From NCBI GenBank assembly GCA_027013145.1, contig JALUXX010000011.1, positions 192,556 to 256,555 on the forward strand: a stretch of DNA of 64,000 nt. Reading direction: 5' to 3'. This document shows positions 30,872 through 41,728 of this stretch, piece by piece. This DNA comes from Gammaproteobacteria bacterium (lineage in GTDB: Bacteria; Pseudomonadota; Gammaproteobacteria; 21-64-14). Position 1 is the first letter of the stretch, and every line of letters starts with the position of its first letter. The notes under the pieces were generated by a model that saw only the letters and a list, made by a program, of their open reading frames with translations, searched no databases and was not told the DNA's origin. A program made the translations under genes and the position numbers.

Positions 30872-31576
30872 ATGGAACGGATCCCCGAGCCGGAGCTGAT
30901 GGACGAGCCCGGGCAGGTGCGCGCCTACGCCGAGGCGGATTTCGAGGAACCGCACCGGCGGTTCATCGAGGGCTTTCGCGGGGCCTTCCCGCGGCTCGCG
31001 GTGGTCGGGCGGGTACTCGATCTGGGCTGCGGGCCGGGCGATATCACCCGGCGCTTCCTCGAGGCCTACCCGGCCTGCCGCGTCGACGCCCTCGACGGCG
31101 CGGCCAACATGCTGCGCTGGGCCGACCGTGCCCTGACGGCGGCGGGCGTGCGCGAACGGGTGCGCCTGATTCACGCGCGTCTGCCGCAGACCGATCTGCC
31201 CGAACGCGCCTACGACGTGGTGATCTCCAACAGCCTGCTGCATCACCTCCACGACCCCGCTGTACTCTGGCAGGCGCTGCGCCGTCACGGCCGCCCGGGT
31301 GCGGCCGTCTACGTCGTGGACCTGCGGCGCCCGGCGAGCGCCGCGCAGGCGCAGGCGCTCGTCGCCGCCCATGCGGGCGGCGAGCCGCCGGTGTTGCAGC
31401 GGGACTTCCTGCACTCGCTCTGCGCCGCCTTCGAGCCCGGCGAGGTCCGCCGCCAGCTCGCCGCGGCGGGGCTCGGCTCGCTGCGCGTCGCCGCCCGCGG
31501 CGACCGCCATCTCACCGTGAGCGGCCGCCTGCCGGCCGCCCGGCCCGCATGGCCCGGCGGCCCATGCGTGCGGTAA
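30872..31576 (+). CDS. Class I SAM-dependent methyltransferase
   Basis: MERIPEPELMD, VLDLGCGPG, ISNSLLHH. Confidence 0.9.
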   Translation: MERIPEPELMDEPGQVRAYAEADFEEPHRRFIEGFRGAFPRLAVVGRVLDLGCGPGDITRRFLEAYPACRVDALDGAANMLRWADRALTAAGVRERVRLIHARLPQTDLPERAYDVVISNSLLHHLHDPAVLWQALRRHGRPGAAVYVVDLRRPASAAQAQALVAAHAGGEPPVLQRDFLHSLCAAFEPGEVRRQLAAAGLGSLRVAARGDRHLTVSGRLPAARPAWPGGPCVR

Positions 31577-31585
31577 GCTGCGCGC

Positions 31586-32410
31586 ATGCACTTCACCAAG
31601 ATGCACGGGCTGGGCAACGACTTCGTCGTCGTCGACACCCTGACGGCGCCGCTGGACCTCGGCGCCGCGCAGGTGCGCCGCCTCGCCGACCGCCGCCTCG
31701 GCGTGGGCTGCGATCAGGTGCTGATCATCGGCGCCCCCACCGACCCCGCGGCCGATTTCCGCTATGTCATCTACAACGCCGACGGCAGCCGCGCCGAACA
31801 GTGCGGCAACGGCGTGCGCTGCATCGCCCGCTACCTCGCGGATCACGGGCTGGCCGAACGTCCGGAACTGGTCCTGCAGGGCGATGCCGGGCGCGTGCGC
31901 GCGCGGCTGGAGGCCGACGGGGCGGTGACGGTCGACATGGGCATCCCGCGCCTGGAGCCCGCGGCGATCCCGTTCGCGGCCGAACGGCGCGCACCGGGCT
32001 ACACGCTCGAGGTGGACGGGCGCGAGGTGAGCATCGACGCCGTCTCGATGGGCAACCCGCACGCGGTGCTGCTCGTCGACGACGTCGAGCGCGCGCCGGT
32101 GGCGACGCTGGGGCCCGCCATCGAGTCCCACCCGCGCTTCCCGCAGCGCGCCAACGTCGGCTTCCTGCAGGTCGTCGACCGCACCCACGCGCGCCTGCGC
32201 GTCTACGAGCGCGGCGCCGGCGAGACGCCGGCCTGCGGCAGCGGTGCGTGCGCCGCGGCGGTCGCCGGGCGTCTGCGCGGGCTCCTCGACGAGCGCGTTC
32301 ACATCCGCCTGCCGGGCGGGGAACTTGTGCTATCCTGGTCCGGCGAAGGCGCGCCGGTGTGGATGACTGGACCGGCCGTCTCGGTATTCGAGGGACAGAT
32401 CCGGCCATGA
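31586..32410 (+). CDS. dapF: Diaminopimelate epimerase
   Basis: FTKMHGLGNDF, CGNGVRC, SMGNPH, ERGAGETPACGSG. Confidence 0.97.
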   Translation: MHFTKMHGLGNDFVVVDTLTAPLDLGAAQVRRLADRRLGVGCDQVLIIGAPTDPAADFRYVIYNADGSRAEQCGNGVRCIARYLADHGLAERPELVLQGDAGRVRARLEADGAVTVDMGIPRLEPAAIPFAAERRAPGYTLEVDGREVSIDAVSMGNPHAVLLVDDVERAPVATLGPAIESHPRFPQRANVGFLQVVDRTHARLRVYERGAGETPACGSGACAAAVAGRLRGLLDERVHIRLPGGELVLSWSGEGAPVWMTGPAVSVFEGQIRP

Positions 32411-33108
32411 GCACCCAGCGTCCGGCGGGCGTCGACGAGGAGCCGATCAGCGAAGCGGCGGTCATCGAGTACCTGCGCAGCCATCCGGACTTCTTCGAGA
32501 AGCACATCACCCTGTTGACGACCCTGCGCGTGCCGCATCCGAGCGGCGGGGCCGTGTCCCTGATCGAACGTCAGGTCGGCGCGCTGCGCCAGCAGAATCA
32601 GCAGTTGCGCCGCAAGCTGATGGACATGGTGCAGGCCGCGCGCGACAACGAGGAACTCACCGGGCGCATGCAGCAGCTCGGAGTCGCACTCGCCGACGCC
32701 ACCGACCTGCAGGACGTCCTCGAGACACTCGACGAGGTGCTGCGCCGCGACTTCCGCGCCGACGCCGTGGCGCTGTGCCTGATCGACGCGCCCGCGCCGG
32801 CCGCCGCCCCGGCGCACGTGCGGGCACTCGACGGCGCCGATCCGGGCCTCGCCCACTTCGCCAAGGTCCTCGAGACCAACCGGCCCGTGTGCGGCCGGCT
32901 CAAGACGCAGCAGCTCGAATTCCTGTTCGGCGAGGATGCGCCGGCGATCGCCTCCGGCGCCGTGATCCCTCTGGTGGCGGCGCGCCCCCTCGGCATCCTC
33001 GCCATCGGCAGCCGCGACCCGCACCGGTTCCATCCGGCGATGGGGACGGTCTTCCTGCGGCACATGGGCGAACTGGTCAGCCACACCCTGCGCCCCTACG
33101 TGGACTGA
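32407..33108 (+). CDS. DUF484 (YigA-like) protein
   Basis: YLRSHPDFF, GAVSLIERQ, RFHPAMGTVFL; position between dapF and xerC. Confidence 0.92.
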   Translation: MSTQRPAGVDEEPISEAAVIEYLRSHPDFFEKHITLLTTLRVPHPSGGAVSLIERQVGALRQQNQQLRRKLMDMVQAARDNEELTGRMQQLGVALADATDLQDVLETLDEVLRRDFRADAVALCLIDAPAPAAAPAHVRALDGADPGLAHFAKVLETNRPVCGRLKTQQLEFLFGEDAPAIASGAVIPLVAARPLGILAIGSRDPHRFHPAMGTVFLRHMGELVSHTLRPYVD

Positions 33109-33115
33109 GGCCCAC

Positions 33116-34015
33116 ATGCCGGCCGGCGCCGCCCTGGAGCGCTTTCTCGAGCACCTGGCGAGCGAGCGCCGCTGTTCCGCGCGCACCTGCAGCGCCTACC
33201 GCCGCGACCTCGATGCGCTCGACGCCTTCCGGCGCCGGCGCGGGATCGGGGACTGGGCCCTGCTCACCGCGGCCGAGGTACGGGCCTTCGCGGCCGAGCG
33301 CCACCGCGCGGGACTCTCGGGTCGCAGCGTGCAGCGCATGCTCTCCGCAGTGCGCTCCTTCTACCGCTTTCTGCTGCGCGAGGGCCTGGCGGCGGCGAAT
33401 CCGGCGGCGTCCGTGCCGGCGCCCCGCAGCGGGCGCCGCCTGCCGCGCACGCTCGATGCCGATCAGGTCGCCCGGCTGCTGGAGGTCGCGCCGTCCGATC
33501 CGCTCGCGGTGCGCGACCGCGCGATCATGGAGCTGCTCTATTCCTCGGGCCTGCGCCTGGCCGAGACCGTCGCCCTCGACTGCGCCATGGTCGACCTCGA
33601 CGACGCCACCGTACAGGTCACCGGCAAGGGCGCCAAGACGCGCATCGTCCCGGTCGGGCGCCACGCCTGCGCGGCGCTGCGCGCCTGGCTCACCGTGCGC
33701 GCCGGCCTGGCGCGGCCGGACGCGGGCGATGCGCTGTTCCTGGGGCGCTCGGGTCGGCGCCTCGGCGCCCGCGCCATCCAGCGGCGCCTGGCGCTGCGGG
33801 CGCAGGCCGCCGGCCTCGACGCGCGGGTGCACCCGCACCGGCTGCGCCACTCCTTCGCCAGCCACCTGCTCGAGTCCAGCGGGGACCTGCGCGCCGTACA
33901 GGAGCTCCTCGGCCACGCCGACATCCGCACCACCCAGATCTACACCCACGTGGACTTCCAGCACCTCGCGCGCGTCTATGACGCCGCGCACCCGCGCGCC
34001 CGCAAGCGGCGCTGA
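33116..34015 (+). CDS. xerC: Tyrosine recombinase XerC
   Basis: [30 protein letters not shown]; dapF-DUF484-xerC synteny. Confidence 0.94.
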   Translation: MPAGAALERFLEHLASERRCSARTCSAYRRDLDALDAFRRRRGIGDWALLTAAEVRAFAAERHRAGLSGRSVQRMLSAVRSFYRFLLREGLAAANPAASVPAPRSGRRLPRTLDADQVARLLEVAPSDPLAVRDRAIMELLYSSGLRLAETVALDCAMVDLDDATVQVTGKGAKTRIVPVGRHACAALRAWLTVRAGLARPDAGDALFLGRSGRRLGARAIQRRLALRAQAAGLDARVHPHRLRHSFASHLLESSGDLRAVQELLGHADIRTTQIYTHVDFQHLARVYDAAHPRARKRR

Positions 34016-34092
34016 GCCGGCCCGACCGCAGGCGCGGATCGTGTAGAATAGCGGGTCCGGCGCCGGGCCCGAACCGGCAGGGACCCCGCTCC

Positions 34093-34626
34093 ATGGATGC
34101 TCTCCACGCAACCACGATCCTCTCGGTGCGGCGCAACGGCCGCGTCGCCATCGGCGGCGACGGCCAGGTGTCGATGGGCAACGTCGTGCTCAAGGGCAAC
34201 GCGCGCAAGGTCCGGCGTCTGTATCACGACCGCGTGCTGGCCGGCTTCGCCGGCGGCACGGCCGACGCGTTCACCCTGTTCGAGCGCTTCGAGGGCAAGC
34301 TCGAGCAGCACTCCGGCCACCTCACACGCGCCGCGGTCGAACTCGCCAAGGACTGGCGCACGGATCGTACCCTGCGCCGGCTCGAGGCGCTGCTCGCGGT
34401 CGCCGACGAGTCGACCTCGCTGATCATCTCCGGCACCGGCGACGTGGTCGAACCCGAGCGGTGCCTGATGGCGATCGGTTCGGGCGGCCCCTACGCGCAG
34501 GCGGCAGCGCGCGCGCTGCTGGAGAACACCGATCTCGAGGCGCGCGCCATCGTGGAAAAGGGGCTGGAGATCGCCGCCGACATCTGCATCTATACGAACC
34601 GCAATCTCACCATCGAGGAGCTGTGA
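34093..34626 (+). CDS. hslV: ATP-dependent protease peptidase subunit
   Basis: [27 protein letters not shown]. Confidence 0.97.
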   Translation: MDALHATTILSVRRNGRVAIGGDGQVSMGNVVLKGNARKVRRLYHDRVLAGFAGGTADAFTLFERFEGKLEQHSGHLTRAAVELAKDWRTDRTLRRLEALLAVADESTSLIISGTGDVVEPERCLMAIGSGGPYAQAAARALLENTDLEARAIVEKGLEIAADICIYTNRNLTIEEL

Positions 34627-34651
34627 GGCGCGGGCGGCGCCGGCACGAACC

Positions 34652-35983
34652 ATGAGCGAGATGACCCCGAGAGAGATCGTCCAGGAGCTGGACAAGCACA
34701 TCATCGGCCAGGCCGCCGCCAAGCGCGCCGTGGCGATCGCGCTGCGCAACCGCTGGCGCCGCCAGCAGGTGCCGGAACCGCTGCGCAGCGAGATCACGCC
34801 GAAGAACATCCTGATGATCGGCCCCACGGGCGTGGGCAAGACCGAGATCGCGCGGCGTCTCGCGCGGCTGGCGAACGCGCCGTTCATCAAGGTCGAGGCC
34901 ACCAAGTTCACCGAGGTCGGCTATGTCGGGCGCGACGTCGAGTCGATCATCCGCGACCTGGTGGACGCCGCCGTAAAGATGATCCGCGAGCAGGAGATGC
35001 GCAAAGTGCGCGACCGCGCCCGGGGGGCGGCCGAAGATCGGGTGCTCGATGCGCTGCTGCCGCGCCCGCGCGGGGTCGGCTTCAACGCCGAGCCGCTGGA
35101 GCACGACACGCCGACGCGGGAGAAGTTCCGGCGCATGCTGCGCGCCGGCGAACTCGACGAGCGCGAGGTCGAGGTCGAAGTGGCGGTGGCGCCGATGGGC
35201 GTGGAGATCATGACCCCGCCGGGCATGGAGGAGATGACCAGCCAGCTCCAGGGACTGTTTCAGAACCTGGCCGGCGGGCGCACTCGCCGTCGTACCCTCA
35301 AGGTACGCGACGCGCTGAAACTGATCGAGGACGAAGAGGCCGCGAAGCTCGTCAACGAGGACGAAATCAAGCTGCGCGCGGTGCACGACGTGGAACAGAA
35401 CGGGATCGTGTTCCTCGACGAACTCGACAAGGTCACCAAGCGCGGCGAGTACAGCGGCCCCGACGTGTCGCGGGAGGGGGTCCAGCGCGACCTGCTGCCG
35501 CTGGTCGAGGGCTGCACCGTGAACACCAAGTTCGGTATGGTGCGCACCGACCACATCCTGTTCATCGCCTCGGGCGCGTTCCATCTCGCGCGGCCCTCGG
35601 ACCTGATCCCGGAGCTGCAGGGGCGGCTGCCGATCCGGGTGGAACTCGACGCCCTCGGCGTGGAGGAGTTCACGCGCATCCTCACCGAACCCGACGCCTC
35701 CCTCACCGAGCAATACACGGCGCTGATGGCCACCGAGGGCGTGACGCTGAAGTTTCTGCCGGACGGCGTGGCGCGCATCGCCGAGGTCGCCTGGCAGGTC
35801 AACGAGCGCACCGAGAACATCGGTGCGCGGCGGCTGCACACGGTCCTGGAGCGGCTGCTCGAAGGGCTCTCCGCGGAGGCCGCCGACCGCTCGGGGGAGA
35901 CGGTGGCGGTCGATGCGGCCTATGTGGATCAGGCCCTCGGCGAGCTCGCCAAGGACGAGGACCTGACGCGCTACATCCTGTAG
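34652..35983 (+). CDS. hslU: ATP-dependent protease ATPase subunit
   Basis: [37 protein letters not shown]. Confidence 0.98.
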   Translation: MSEMTPREIVQELDKHIIGQAAAKRAVAIALRNRWRRQQVPEPLRSEITPKNILMIGPTGVGKTEIARRLARLANAPFIKVEATKFTEVGYVGRDVESIIRDLVDAAVKMIREQEMRKVRDRARGAAEDRVLDALLPRPRGVGFNAEPLEHDTPTREKFRRMLRAGELDEREVEVEVAVAPMGVEIMTPPGMEEMTSQLQGLFQNLAGGRTRRRTLKVRDALKLIEDEEAAKLVNEDEIKLRAVHDVEQNGIVFLDELDKVTKRGEYSGPDVSREGVQRDLLPLVEGCTVNTKFGMVRTDHILFIASGAFHLARPSDLIPELQGRLPIRVELDALGVEEFTRILTEPDASLTEQYTALMATEGVTLKFLPDGVARIAEVAWQVNERTENIGARRLHTVLERLLEGLSAEAADRSGETVAVDAAYVDQALGELAKDEDLTRYIL

Positions 35984-36076
35984 CGCTTGCGCGCCTGTTC
36001 GCGGAGAGGTCCGCAGTATAGTGTTTCGCAGACCGGCCGGCGTGCCGGCCGGTCGGTCACAGCCACGAGGCCCGAT

Positions 36077-36466
36077 ATGAACGCTCAGAAGAAGGTGCAC
36101 CCCACCGAGATCAAGCTCCACCAGAAATCGCGCGTGCTCGAGATCGCCTTCGACGACGGCGCGCGCTTCCACCTGCCGTGCGAATACCTGCGGGTGTATT
36201 CGCCGTCGGCGGAGGTGCGCGGGCACGGTCCGGGGACGGGCACCCTGCAGGTCGGCAAGGAGGACGTCAACATCACCCGCATCGAACCGGTCGGCACCTA
36301 CGCCGTCTGTCTCGTTTTCGACGACGGCCACGACACCGGGATCTACGCGTGGGAGACCCTCTACGACCTCGGGGCGCACCAGGAAGAATACTGGCGCGAC
36401 TACCTGCAGCGGCTCAAGGAGGCGGGCCACGCGCGCCGCGGCAACGGCAGCGGGGCGCACGGGTGA
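36077..36466 (+). CDS. DUF971 / gamma-butyrobetaine hydroxylase N-terminal-like protein
   Basis: [27 protein letters not shown]. Confidence 0.92.
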   Translation: MNAQKKVHPTEIKLHQKSRVLEIAFDDGARFHLPCEYLRVYSPSAEVRGHGPGTGTLQVGKEDVNITRIEPVGTYAVCLVFDDGHDTGIYAWETLYDLGAHQEEYWRDYLQRLKEAGHARRGNGSGAHG

Positions 36467-36509
36467 GCGCCGGCGATCGCACCGCGTCGGCCCCGGCGGG
36501 GGGCGGACG

Positions 36510-37286
36510 TTGAATCAGGACGGACGCGATCCGGGTCGCGCGGGCGACGGTACCGCCGATTTCGGCTTCGAGCGCGTCGATGTGCGCGAGAAGGCGCGCC
36601 GCGTGCGTGCGGTCTTCGAGTCGGTGGCGGACCGCTACGACCTGATGAACGACGTCATGTCCTTCGGCTTGCACCGCTGGTGGAAACGCTGGGCGGTGGA
36701 GCTGACCGGGGCGCGCCCGGGCCGGCGCGTGCTCGACCTCGCCGGCGGCACCGGCGACCTGACCGCGCTGCTGGCGCGCCGGGTGGCGCCGCGCGGGGCG
36801 GTCGTGCTCGCCGACGTCAATGCGGCGATGCTCGCGCGCGGGCGCGCGCGGCTGCTCGACGGCGGGATCGCCTCCGGCGTGCGCCTCGCGCAGGCCGACG
36901 CCGAGTGTCTGCCCTTCGCCGCGCGCTCCTTCGATTGCGTGACCATCGCCTTCGGCCTGCGCAACGTGACCGACAAGGACGCGGCCCTGCGCGAGATGTA
37001 CCGTGTCCTGCGCCCCGGCGGGCGCGTAATCGTGCTCGAGTTTTCGCGCCCGACGGTGGCGGCGCTGCGCCCGGTCTACGACGCCTACTCCTTCCGGGTG
37101 CTTCCCGTGATGGGGCGGCTGATCGCGGGCGACGCGGCGAGCTACCGCTACCTGGCCGAGTCCATCCGCATGCACCCCGACCAGGAGACCCTGCGTGGGA
37201 TGATGGAGCGCGCGGGCTTCGCGCGCTGCGAGTACTTCAACCTGAGTGCGGGCATCGTCGCGGTGCACCGGGGCTTCCGCCTGTGA
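36510..37286 (+). CDS. ubiE: Ubiquinone/menaquinone C-methyltransferase
   Basis: [39 protein letters not shown]. Confidence 0.96.
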   Translation: MNQDGRDPGRAGDGTADFGFERVDVREKARRVRAVFESVADRYDLMNDVMSFGLHRWWKRWAVELTGARPGRRVLDLAGGTGDLTALLARRVAPRGAVVLADVNAAMLARGRARLLDGGIASGVRLAQADAECLPFAARSFDCVTIAFGLRNVTDKDAALREMYRVLRPGGRVIVLEFSRPTVAALRPVYDAYSFRVLPVMGRLIAGDAASYRYLAESIRMHPDQETLRGMMERAGFARCEYFNLSAGIVAVHRGFRL

Positions 37287-37308
37287 GCGGCGCGGGCGCG
37301 CGCGCCGG

Positions 37309-37920
37309 ATGAGCGTGGACGCCCCGCTCGCGGCGCTGGAGGCGGCCTGCAACCGCGCGCTGCGCCTCGATCCCGAGGCGTTCGAGGCGGTGCGCGCACT
37401 CGCCGGACGCATCGTCGCCGTGGAGGTCGCGCCGCCGGCGTGGACGCTGTACGTGATCCCGGGGCCCGAGGGGCTGCAGCTCGCGCGCGCCTGCGCCGGC
37501 GCCCCGGACACGCGCATCCGCGGGACGCCGTGGGCGCTGGCGCGCCTTGCGCTCTCGCACGGCGCCGACCGCGACGGGGTCGAGGTCAGCGGCGACATCG
37601 AGCTTGGCCAACGGCTGCAGGCGATCCTCGCGCGCCTCGACCCGGACTGGGAGGAGGCGCTGGCGGGCGTGCTGGGCGACCCCGCCGCGCACCGGATCGG
37701 GCGCGGTGTTCGCGCCGTGGGCGCGGGCGTGCGGCGCGGCGCCGATACCCTGGTGCGCGATCTCGCCGACTACCTGCACTACGAGGCCCGCCACGCGCCG
37801 CCGCGGCGCGAGGTCGAGGCCCTGCTCGACGCCGTCGACCGCTTGCGCGCCGACACCGACCGCCTCGACGCGCGGGTCGCGCGCCTCGAGGCGGCGCTCG
37901 CCGCGAAGCGTTCCGGGTAG
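37309..37920 (+). CDS. ubiJ: Ubiquinone biosynthesis accessory factor (SCP2 domain)
   Basis: [26 protein letters not shown]-terminal coiled coil; lies between ubiE and ubiB. Confidence 0.9.
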   Translation: MSVDAPLAALEAACNRALRLDPEAFEAVRALAGRIVAVEVAPPAWTLYVIPGPEGLQLARACAGAPDTRIRGTPWALARLALSHGADRDGVEVSGDIELGQRLQAILARLDPDWEEALAGVLGDPAAHRIGRGVRAVGAGVRRGADTLVRDLADYLHYEARHAPPRREVEALLDAVDRLRADTDRLDARVARLEAALAAKRSG

Positions 37921-37966
37921 GGCGGGCGATGGACCCGGCGGCGGGGCGCGGTGGAGGAGCCGGGTG

Positions 37967-39625
37967 ATGCGGCCGTCACTGGCGTTGCGCGTCGTGCACA
38001 TCAACCTCGTGCTGCTGCGCCACGGCCTCGAGGAGGTCGTGCTCGCCACGCACCTGTTCCGGCCGGTGCGCTTTCTCATGTACCTCTCGCCGGGCTACTG
38101 GCTGCGCGACCGCAACACCCCGCGCGGGGTACGCATCCGGCGCGCGCTCGAGGACCTCGGTCCGATCTTCGTCAAGTTCGGGCAGGCCTTGTCCACGCGC
38201 CGCGACCTGCTCCCCGCCGACGTCGCCGACGAGCTGGCGCGGCTGCAGGACCGCGTGGCGCCGTTTCCCGGCGGGGAGGCGCGCGCCATCATCCGCCGCG
38301 CCTACGGCGAGCCGCTGGAGCGCGTGTTCAAGCGCTTCGACGAGATCCCGCTGGCCTCGGCCTCGATCGCGCAGGTCCATACGGCGCGGCTCGAGGACGG
38401 CCGTGAGGTCGTCGTCAAGGTCCTGCGCCCGCGCATCGAACGGCGGATCCGGCGCGACGTCGCCCTCCTGCACTACCTCGCCGGGCTCGCCGAGCGCTAC
38501 TGGCGCGAGGGGCGGCGGCTGCACGTGCGCGACGTCGTGGCCGAGTTCGAGAAGACCCTCTACGACGAACTCGACCTGCTGCGCGAGGCCGCCAACGCCT
38601 CGCAGTTGCGGCGCAACTTCCAGGGCTCGGAGATGCTCTACGTGCCCGAGGTCGACTGGCCGCTGAGCCGGCGCACCGTGATGGTCATCGAGCGCATCCA
38701 CGGCATCCCGGTGAGCGACGTGGCCGCGCTGCGCGCCGCCGGCATCGACCTGCGCGGGCTCGCCGAGCGCGGCGTGGAGATCTTCTTCACCCAGGTCTTC
38801 CGCCACAACTTCTTCCACGCCGACATGCATCCGGGCAACATCTTCGTCTCCCCCGAGGGGCGCTACCTGGCCGTGGACTTCGGGATCATGGGCACCCTCA
38901 ACCCCGTCGATCAGCGCTACCTCGCGGAGAACTTCCTCGCCTTCTTCCGCCGCGACTATCGGCGCGTGGCGGAGCTGCACGTGGAATCGGGCTGGGTGCC
39001 GGCGCACACGCGCGTGGACGAATTCGAATCGGCCATCCGCACGGTGTGCGAGCCGATCTTCGAGCGCCCGCTCAAGGACATCTCCTTCGGCTACCTGCTG
39101 GTGCGCCTGTTCCAGACCGCGCGGCGCTTCAACATGGAGGTGCAGCCGCAGCTCGTGCTGCTGCAGAAGACCTTCCTCAACATCGAGGGACTGGGGCGGC
39201 TGCTGTATCCGGACCTCGACCTGTGGCAGACGGCCAAGCCCTTCCTGGAGCGCTGGATGAGCGAGCAGGTGGGGCTGCGCTCGTTCCTGCACACGATCCG
39301 CACCAACCTGCCGGCCTGGGGCGAGAAGCTCCCGCAGCTCCCGGAGCTGGTCCACGACGTCCTCGACCGCGCGCGCGAGGGGCGCCTGGAGGTGCGCTGG
39401 CGCTCGGAGGAACTCGAGCGGCTGCGCGAGGAGGTGCGCCACGCGAGCCGCCGCACCACGCGCGTGGTCGCCGGGGCCGCGCTCCTGGTGAGCGGGGCGC
39501 TGCTCACCGGGGCGCCGGTGGACCTCGCGCAGTGGATGGGCAGCACGCCGCTGATCGGCTGGGTCCTGAGCGGGCTCGGCGTGCTGCTGCTCCTCGCCGC
39601 CTGGCGCGGCGGGCGCCGGCGCTGA
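37967..39625 (+). CDS. ubiB: Ubiquinone biosynthesis kinase-like protein
   Basis: [38 protein letters not shown]. Confidence 0.96.
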   Translation: MRPSLALRVVHINLVLLRHGLEEVVLATHLFRPVRFLMYLSPGYWLRDRNTPRGVRIRRALEDLGPIFVKFGQALSTRRDLLPADVADELARLQDRVAPFPGGEARAIIRRAYGEPLERVFKRFDEIPLASASIAQVHTARLEDGREVVVKVLRPRIERRIRRDVALLHYLAGLAERYWREGRRLHVRDVVAEFEKTLYDELDLLREAANASQLRRNFQGSEMLYVPEVDWPLSRRTVMVIERIHGIPVSDVAALRAAGIDLRGLAERGVEIFFTQVFRHNFFHADMHPGNIFVSPEGRYLAVDFGIMGTLNPVDQRYLAENFLAFFRRDYRRVAELHVESGWVPAHTRVDEFESAIRTVCEPIFERPLKDISFGYLLVRLFQTARRFNMEVQPQLVLLQKTFLNIEGLGRLLYPDLDLWQTAKPFLERWMSEQVGLRSFLHTIRTNLPAWGEKLPQLPELVHDVLDRAREGRLEVRWRSEELERLREEVRHASRRTTRVVAGAALLVSGALLTGAPVDLAQWMGSTPLIGWVLSGLGVLLLLAAWRGGRRR

Positions 39626-39639
39626 GGCCGGGTGCGGGC

Positions 39640-40374
39640 CTACGCCCGGCGGCGGCGCGCGGCGAGCCCGGTCAGCCCGAGGAGGCCGGAGGCGAACAGC
39701 ACCAGCGGCGCGGGCAGCGGCACCGGCGTGACCTCGAAGCGGCTGGTGAAGCTGGCGCTATCACCGGCACTGAGATCGAAGTGGAAGCGCATGCCGATGC
39801 TCGTCGACACACCGGTCGGCACGAGTGTGGGCCCGCCGCTGAGCGGACCGCCCGTCCCGCTGCAGCCGATCGAGCTGCCGCCGCAGGTCCCGCCGAAGGT
39901 GGCGAGCGAGAAGGCGTCGGCGCCGTCGATCTGTCCGTACCAAGCAAAGTTGCTGAGTGTCGCGGTCGTGTCGTTGTTGTCCTTCCACGTCCACGACAGT
40001 TTGCCGCTCTCGTAGCCCGGGCTGAAGCCGGGCGAAACCGGCATCGTCAACACCACGTCGAACGTCTGCGTGCCCGACGTCGTGTTCGTGAACATGAGGT
40101 TGCCGTCGATGTACGGGTCGGGCTTGGCGGTGAAATTCCAGCCGAAGTCCCAGGACATGCACGTGGGCGTCGTCGTCGACGAGCAGGAGCCCATGAACGT
40201 CGTGACGCCCTGGAGGTCGGTCAAACTCGACCCCATCTTGGAAAAATCGATCGTCGTCGAGTTGATCGTCGCCGTGACCGACGCCGGCGGAAGCGCGAGA
40301 GCGGACGCACCCGCCCACCCCGGCGCGAGCGCCGCCCCGAACACCAGAACCGACCATAGCTTGCGCAATCGCAT
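39640..40374 (-). CDS. VPLPA-CTERM (PEP-CTERM-like) exosortase-target surface protein
   Basis: Signal peptide, Thr/Ser/Gly-rich beta domain, C-terminal VPLPAPLVLFASGLLGLTGLAARRRRA. Confidence 0.9.
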   Translation of the reverse strand: MRLRKLWSVLVFGAALAPGWAGASALALPPASVTATINSTTIDFSKMGSSLTDLQGVTTFMGSCSSTTTPTCMSWDFGWNFTAKPDPYIDGNLMFTNTTSGTQTFDVVLTMPVSPGFSPGYESGKLSWTWKDNNDTTATLSNFAWYGQIDGADAFSLATFGGTCGGSSIGCSGTGGPLSGGPTLVPTGVSTSIGMRFHFDLSAGDSASFTSRFEVTPVPLPAPLVLFASGLLGLTGLAARRRRA

Positions 40375-40442
40375 CCCCCGCCCCCTCAGATCCCGTTCGC
40401 CCCAACCGGCGCACCCGACGCCGCCGGCTGAGGGTGGAACCA

Positions 40443-40458
40443 AGCAAGTTCGATACCG
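40443..40458 (-). promoter_or_regulatory. Sigma54 -24/-12 promoter
   Basis: Minus strand CGGTATCGAACTTGCT = GG-N8-TTGC, about 70 bp upstream of the start codon. Confidence 0.65.
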
Positions 40459-40521
40459 GCTCCGGATTCATGTTGTCATACAATTAGTTATAAGATCAGG
40501 TGGGTGCAGGCAGGGTATCTG

Positions 40522-40538
40522 TGTAAACAATTCCGACA
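40522..40538. promoter_or_regulatory. Enhancer-binding-protein site 1
   Basis: TGTAAACAATTCCGACA (TGT-N11-ACA). Confidence 0.65.
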
Positions 40539-40702
40539 GCCCGCGAGTTGCCTCAGGTTGCCCGGATTCACGCAACGATAGGAAATCACAATAGATATTC
40601 GGTCCGTCGCCGGATGGGGCCGGCGCTCTCCCGCGCTGCGCCCCTGGCGTGACTGTAGGTCCTTGAACTTACAGTTTTTAAACGCGGGGCCGCGTCTTCG
40701 GT

Positions 40703-40719
40703 TGTAAAGAATCCCGACA
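40703..40719. promoter_or_regulatory. Enhancer-binding-protein site 2
   Basis: TGTAAAGAATCCCGACA; 15/17 identical to site 1. Confidence 0.6.
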
Positions 40720-40726
40720 CGGGCCG

Positions 40727-41716
40727 TCAGCGCACCGCCGGCGGGTGGAGCAGGATGACGGCGACGAGGACGGCGAGGATCGCGGCCCAGAGCGCGATCG
40801 ACAGGGCCAGGGATTCACGCGCGCGGCGCTTCTCGAGCCAGGTGCGCGGTTTCACGCCGCGTACCCAGAAGACGAGCGTGGCGGCGAGATTGACGCACAC
40901 GACGTTGACCGCGAGGAGCAGCGCGGCCCCGCCGGCGAGGCGCCAGTGGCCGCCGCCGGCGAACAGCCCGAGCGCGGCGGCCGGCGGGAGCAGGGCGACC
41001 GCGACCATGACCCCGACCAGCACCGTCGACAGGCCGGTGGTGAGGGAGAGCACGGCGGCAGCGCCGGAGGCGAGCGCGAGCACGATGCCGTCGAGGCCGA
41101 CGTCGGCGCGCGCCATTAGTTCCTGGCTGTGCAGATTGGCGGGCCAGATCCAGCCGATAAAGGCCGCGCAGGCGAAGGCGGTCGCCAGCCCCGCGAGGTT
41201 GGTGCGCACCGCGCCGGCGATGAGCGGCCGGTCGCCGAGCGCGGTCCCGAGCCCGAAGGCGAGGTTGGGACCCAGCAGCGGGGCGATCACCATCGCCCCG
41301 AGCACGGCGGCGAGGTTGTCCTCCATGAGTCCGACGGCCGCGACCACGGTGGAGAGCACCACGAGCAGCAGGTAGTTGGCGTCGAGGCGCGCGCCGCGCT
41401 CGACGCCGTTGTAGAGCTCCTCCCGCGTGGCCACCTCGCGCGCCGCGGCCGCGGCCTCGGGCGAGGACTCCGCCGGGCGCGGCAGGATCCCCTCGGCCGG
41501 CAGCAGCAGGATGCGCGCCTGCGGATCGCTCCCGAACACGCCCTGCAGGGCATCCAGCACCGGCTGCGCGTTGTCGGCGTCGACCAGCACACGCAGGGTC
41601 TGGCGCCCGTCCTCCCCCGGCGGCGCGGCGGGGAGGCTCGCGGCGCCGTGTTGTTCGGCGATCGCGGCGACGGTATCGGCGCTGCCCTGGGCGGCAGCGA
41701 TCTCGACGATCTTCAT
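40727..41716 (-). CDS. TIGR00341/DUF389 membrane protein
   Basis: GAMVIAPLLGP, LVGVMVAVALLPP, multiple TM segments. Confidence 0.9.
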   Translation of the reverse strand: MKIVEIAAAQGSADTVAAIAEQHGAASLPAAPPGEDGRQTLRVLVDADNAQPVLDALQGVFGSDPQARILLLPAEGILPRPAESSPEAAAAAREVATREELYNGVERGARLDANYLLLVVLSTVVAAVGLMEDNLAAVLGAMVIAPLLGPNLAFGLGTALGDRPLIAGAVRTNLAGLATAFACAAFIGWIWPANLHSQELMARADVGLDGIVLALASGAAAVLSLTTGLSTVLVGVMVAVALLPPAAALGLFAGGGHWRLAGGAALLLAVNVVCVNLAATLVFWVRGVKPRTWLEKRRARESLALSIALWAAILAVLVAVILLHPPAVR

Positions 41717-41728
41717 GCGCGGGCGGCC

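Noticed and set aside
33116..34015. Tyrosine recombinase as the integrase of an island
   Set aside because: The dapF-DUF484-xerC synteny and motifs identify housekeeping XerC; no att sites seen.
40462..40570. CCGGATTCA repeated exactly 100 bp apart
   Set aside because: A 9-bp match with no further context; cannot be distinguished from chance.
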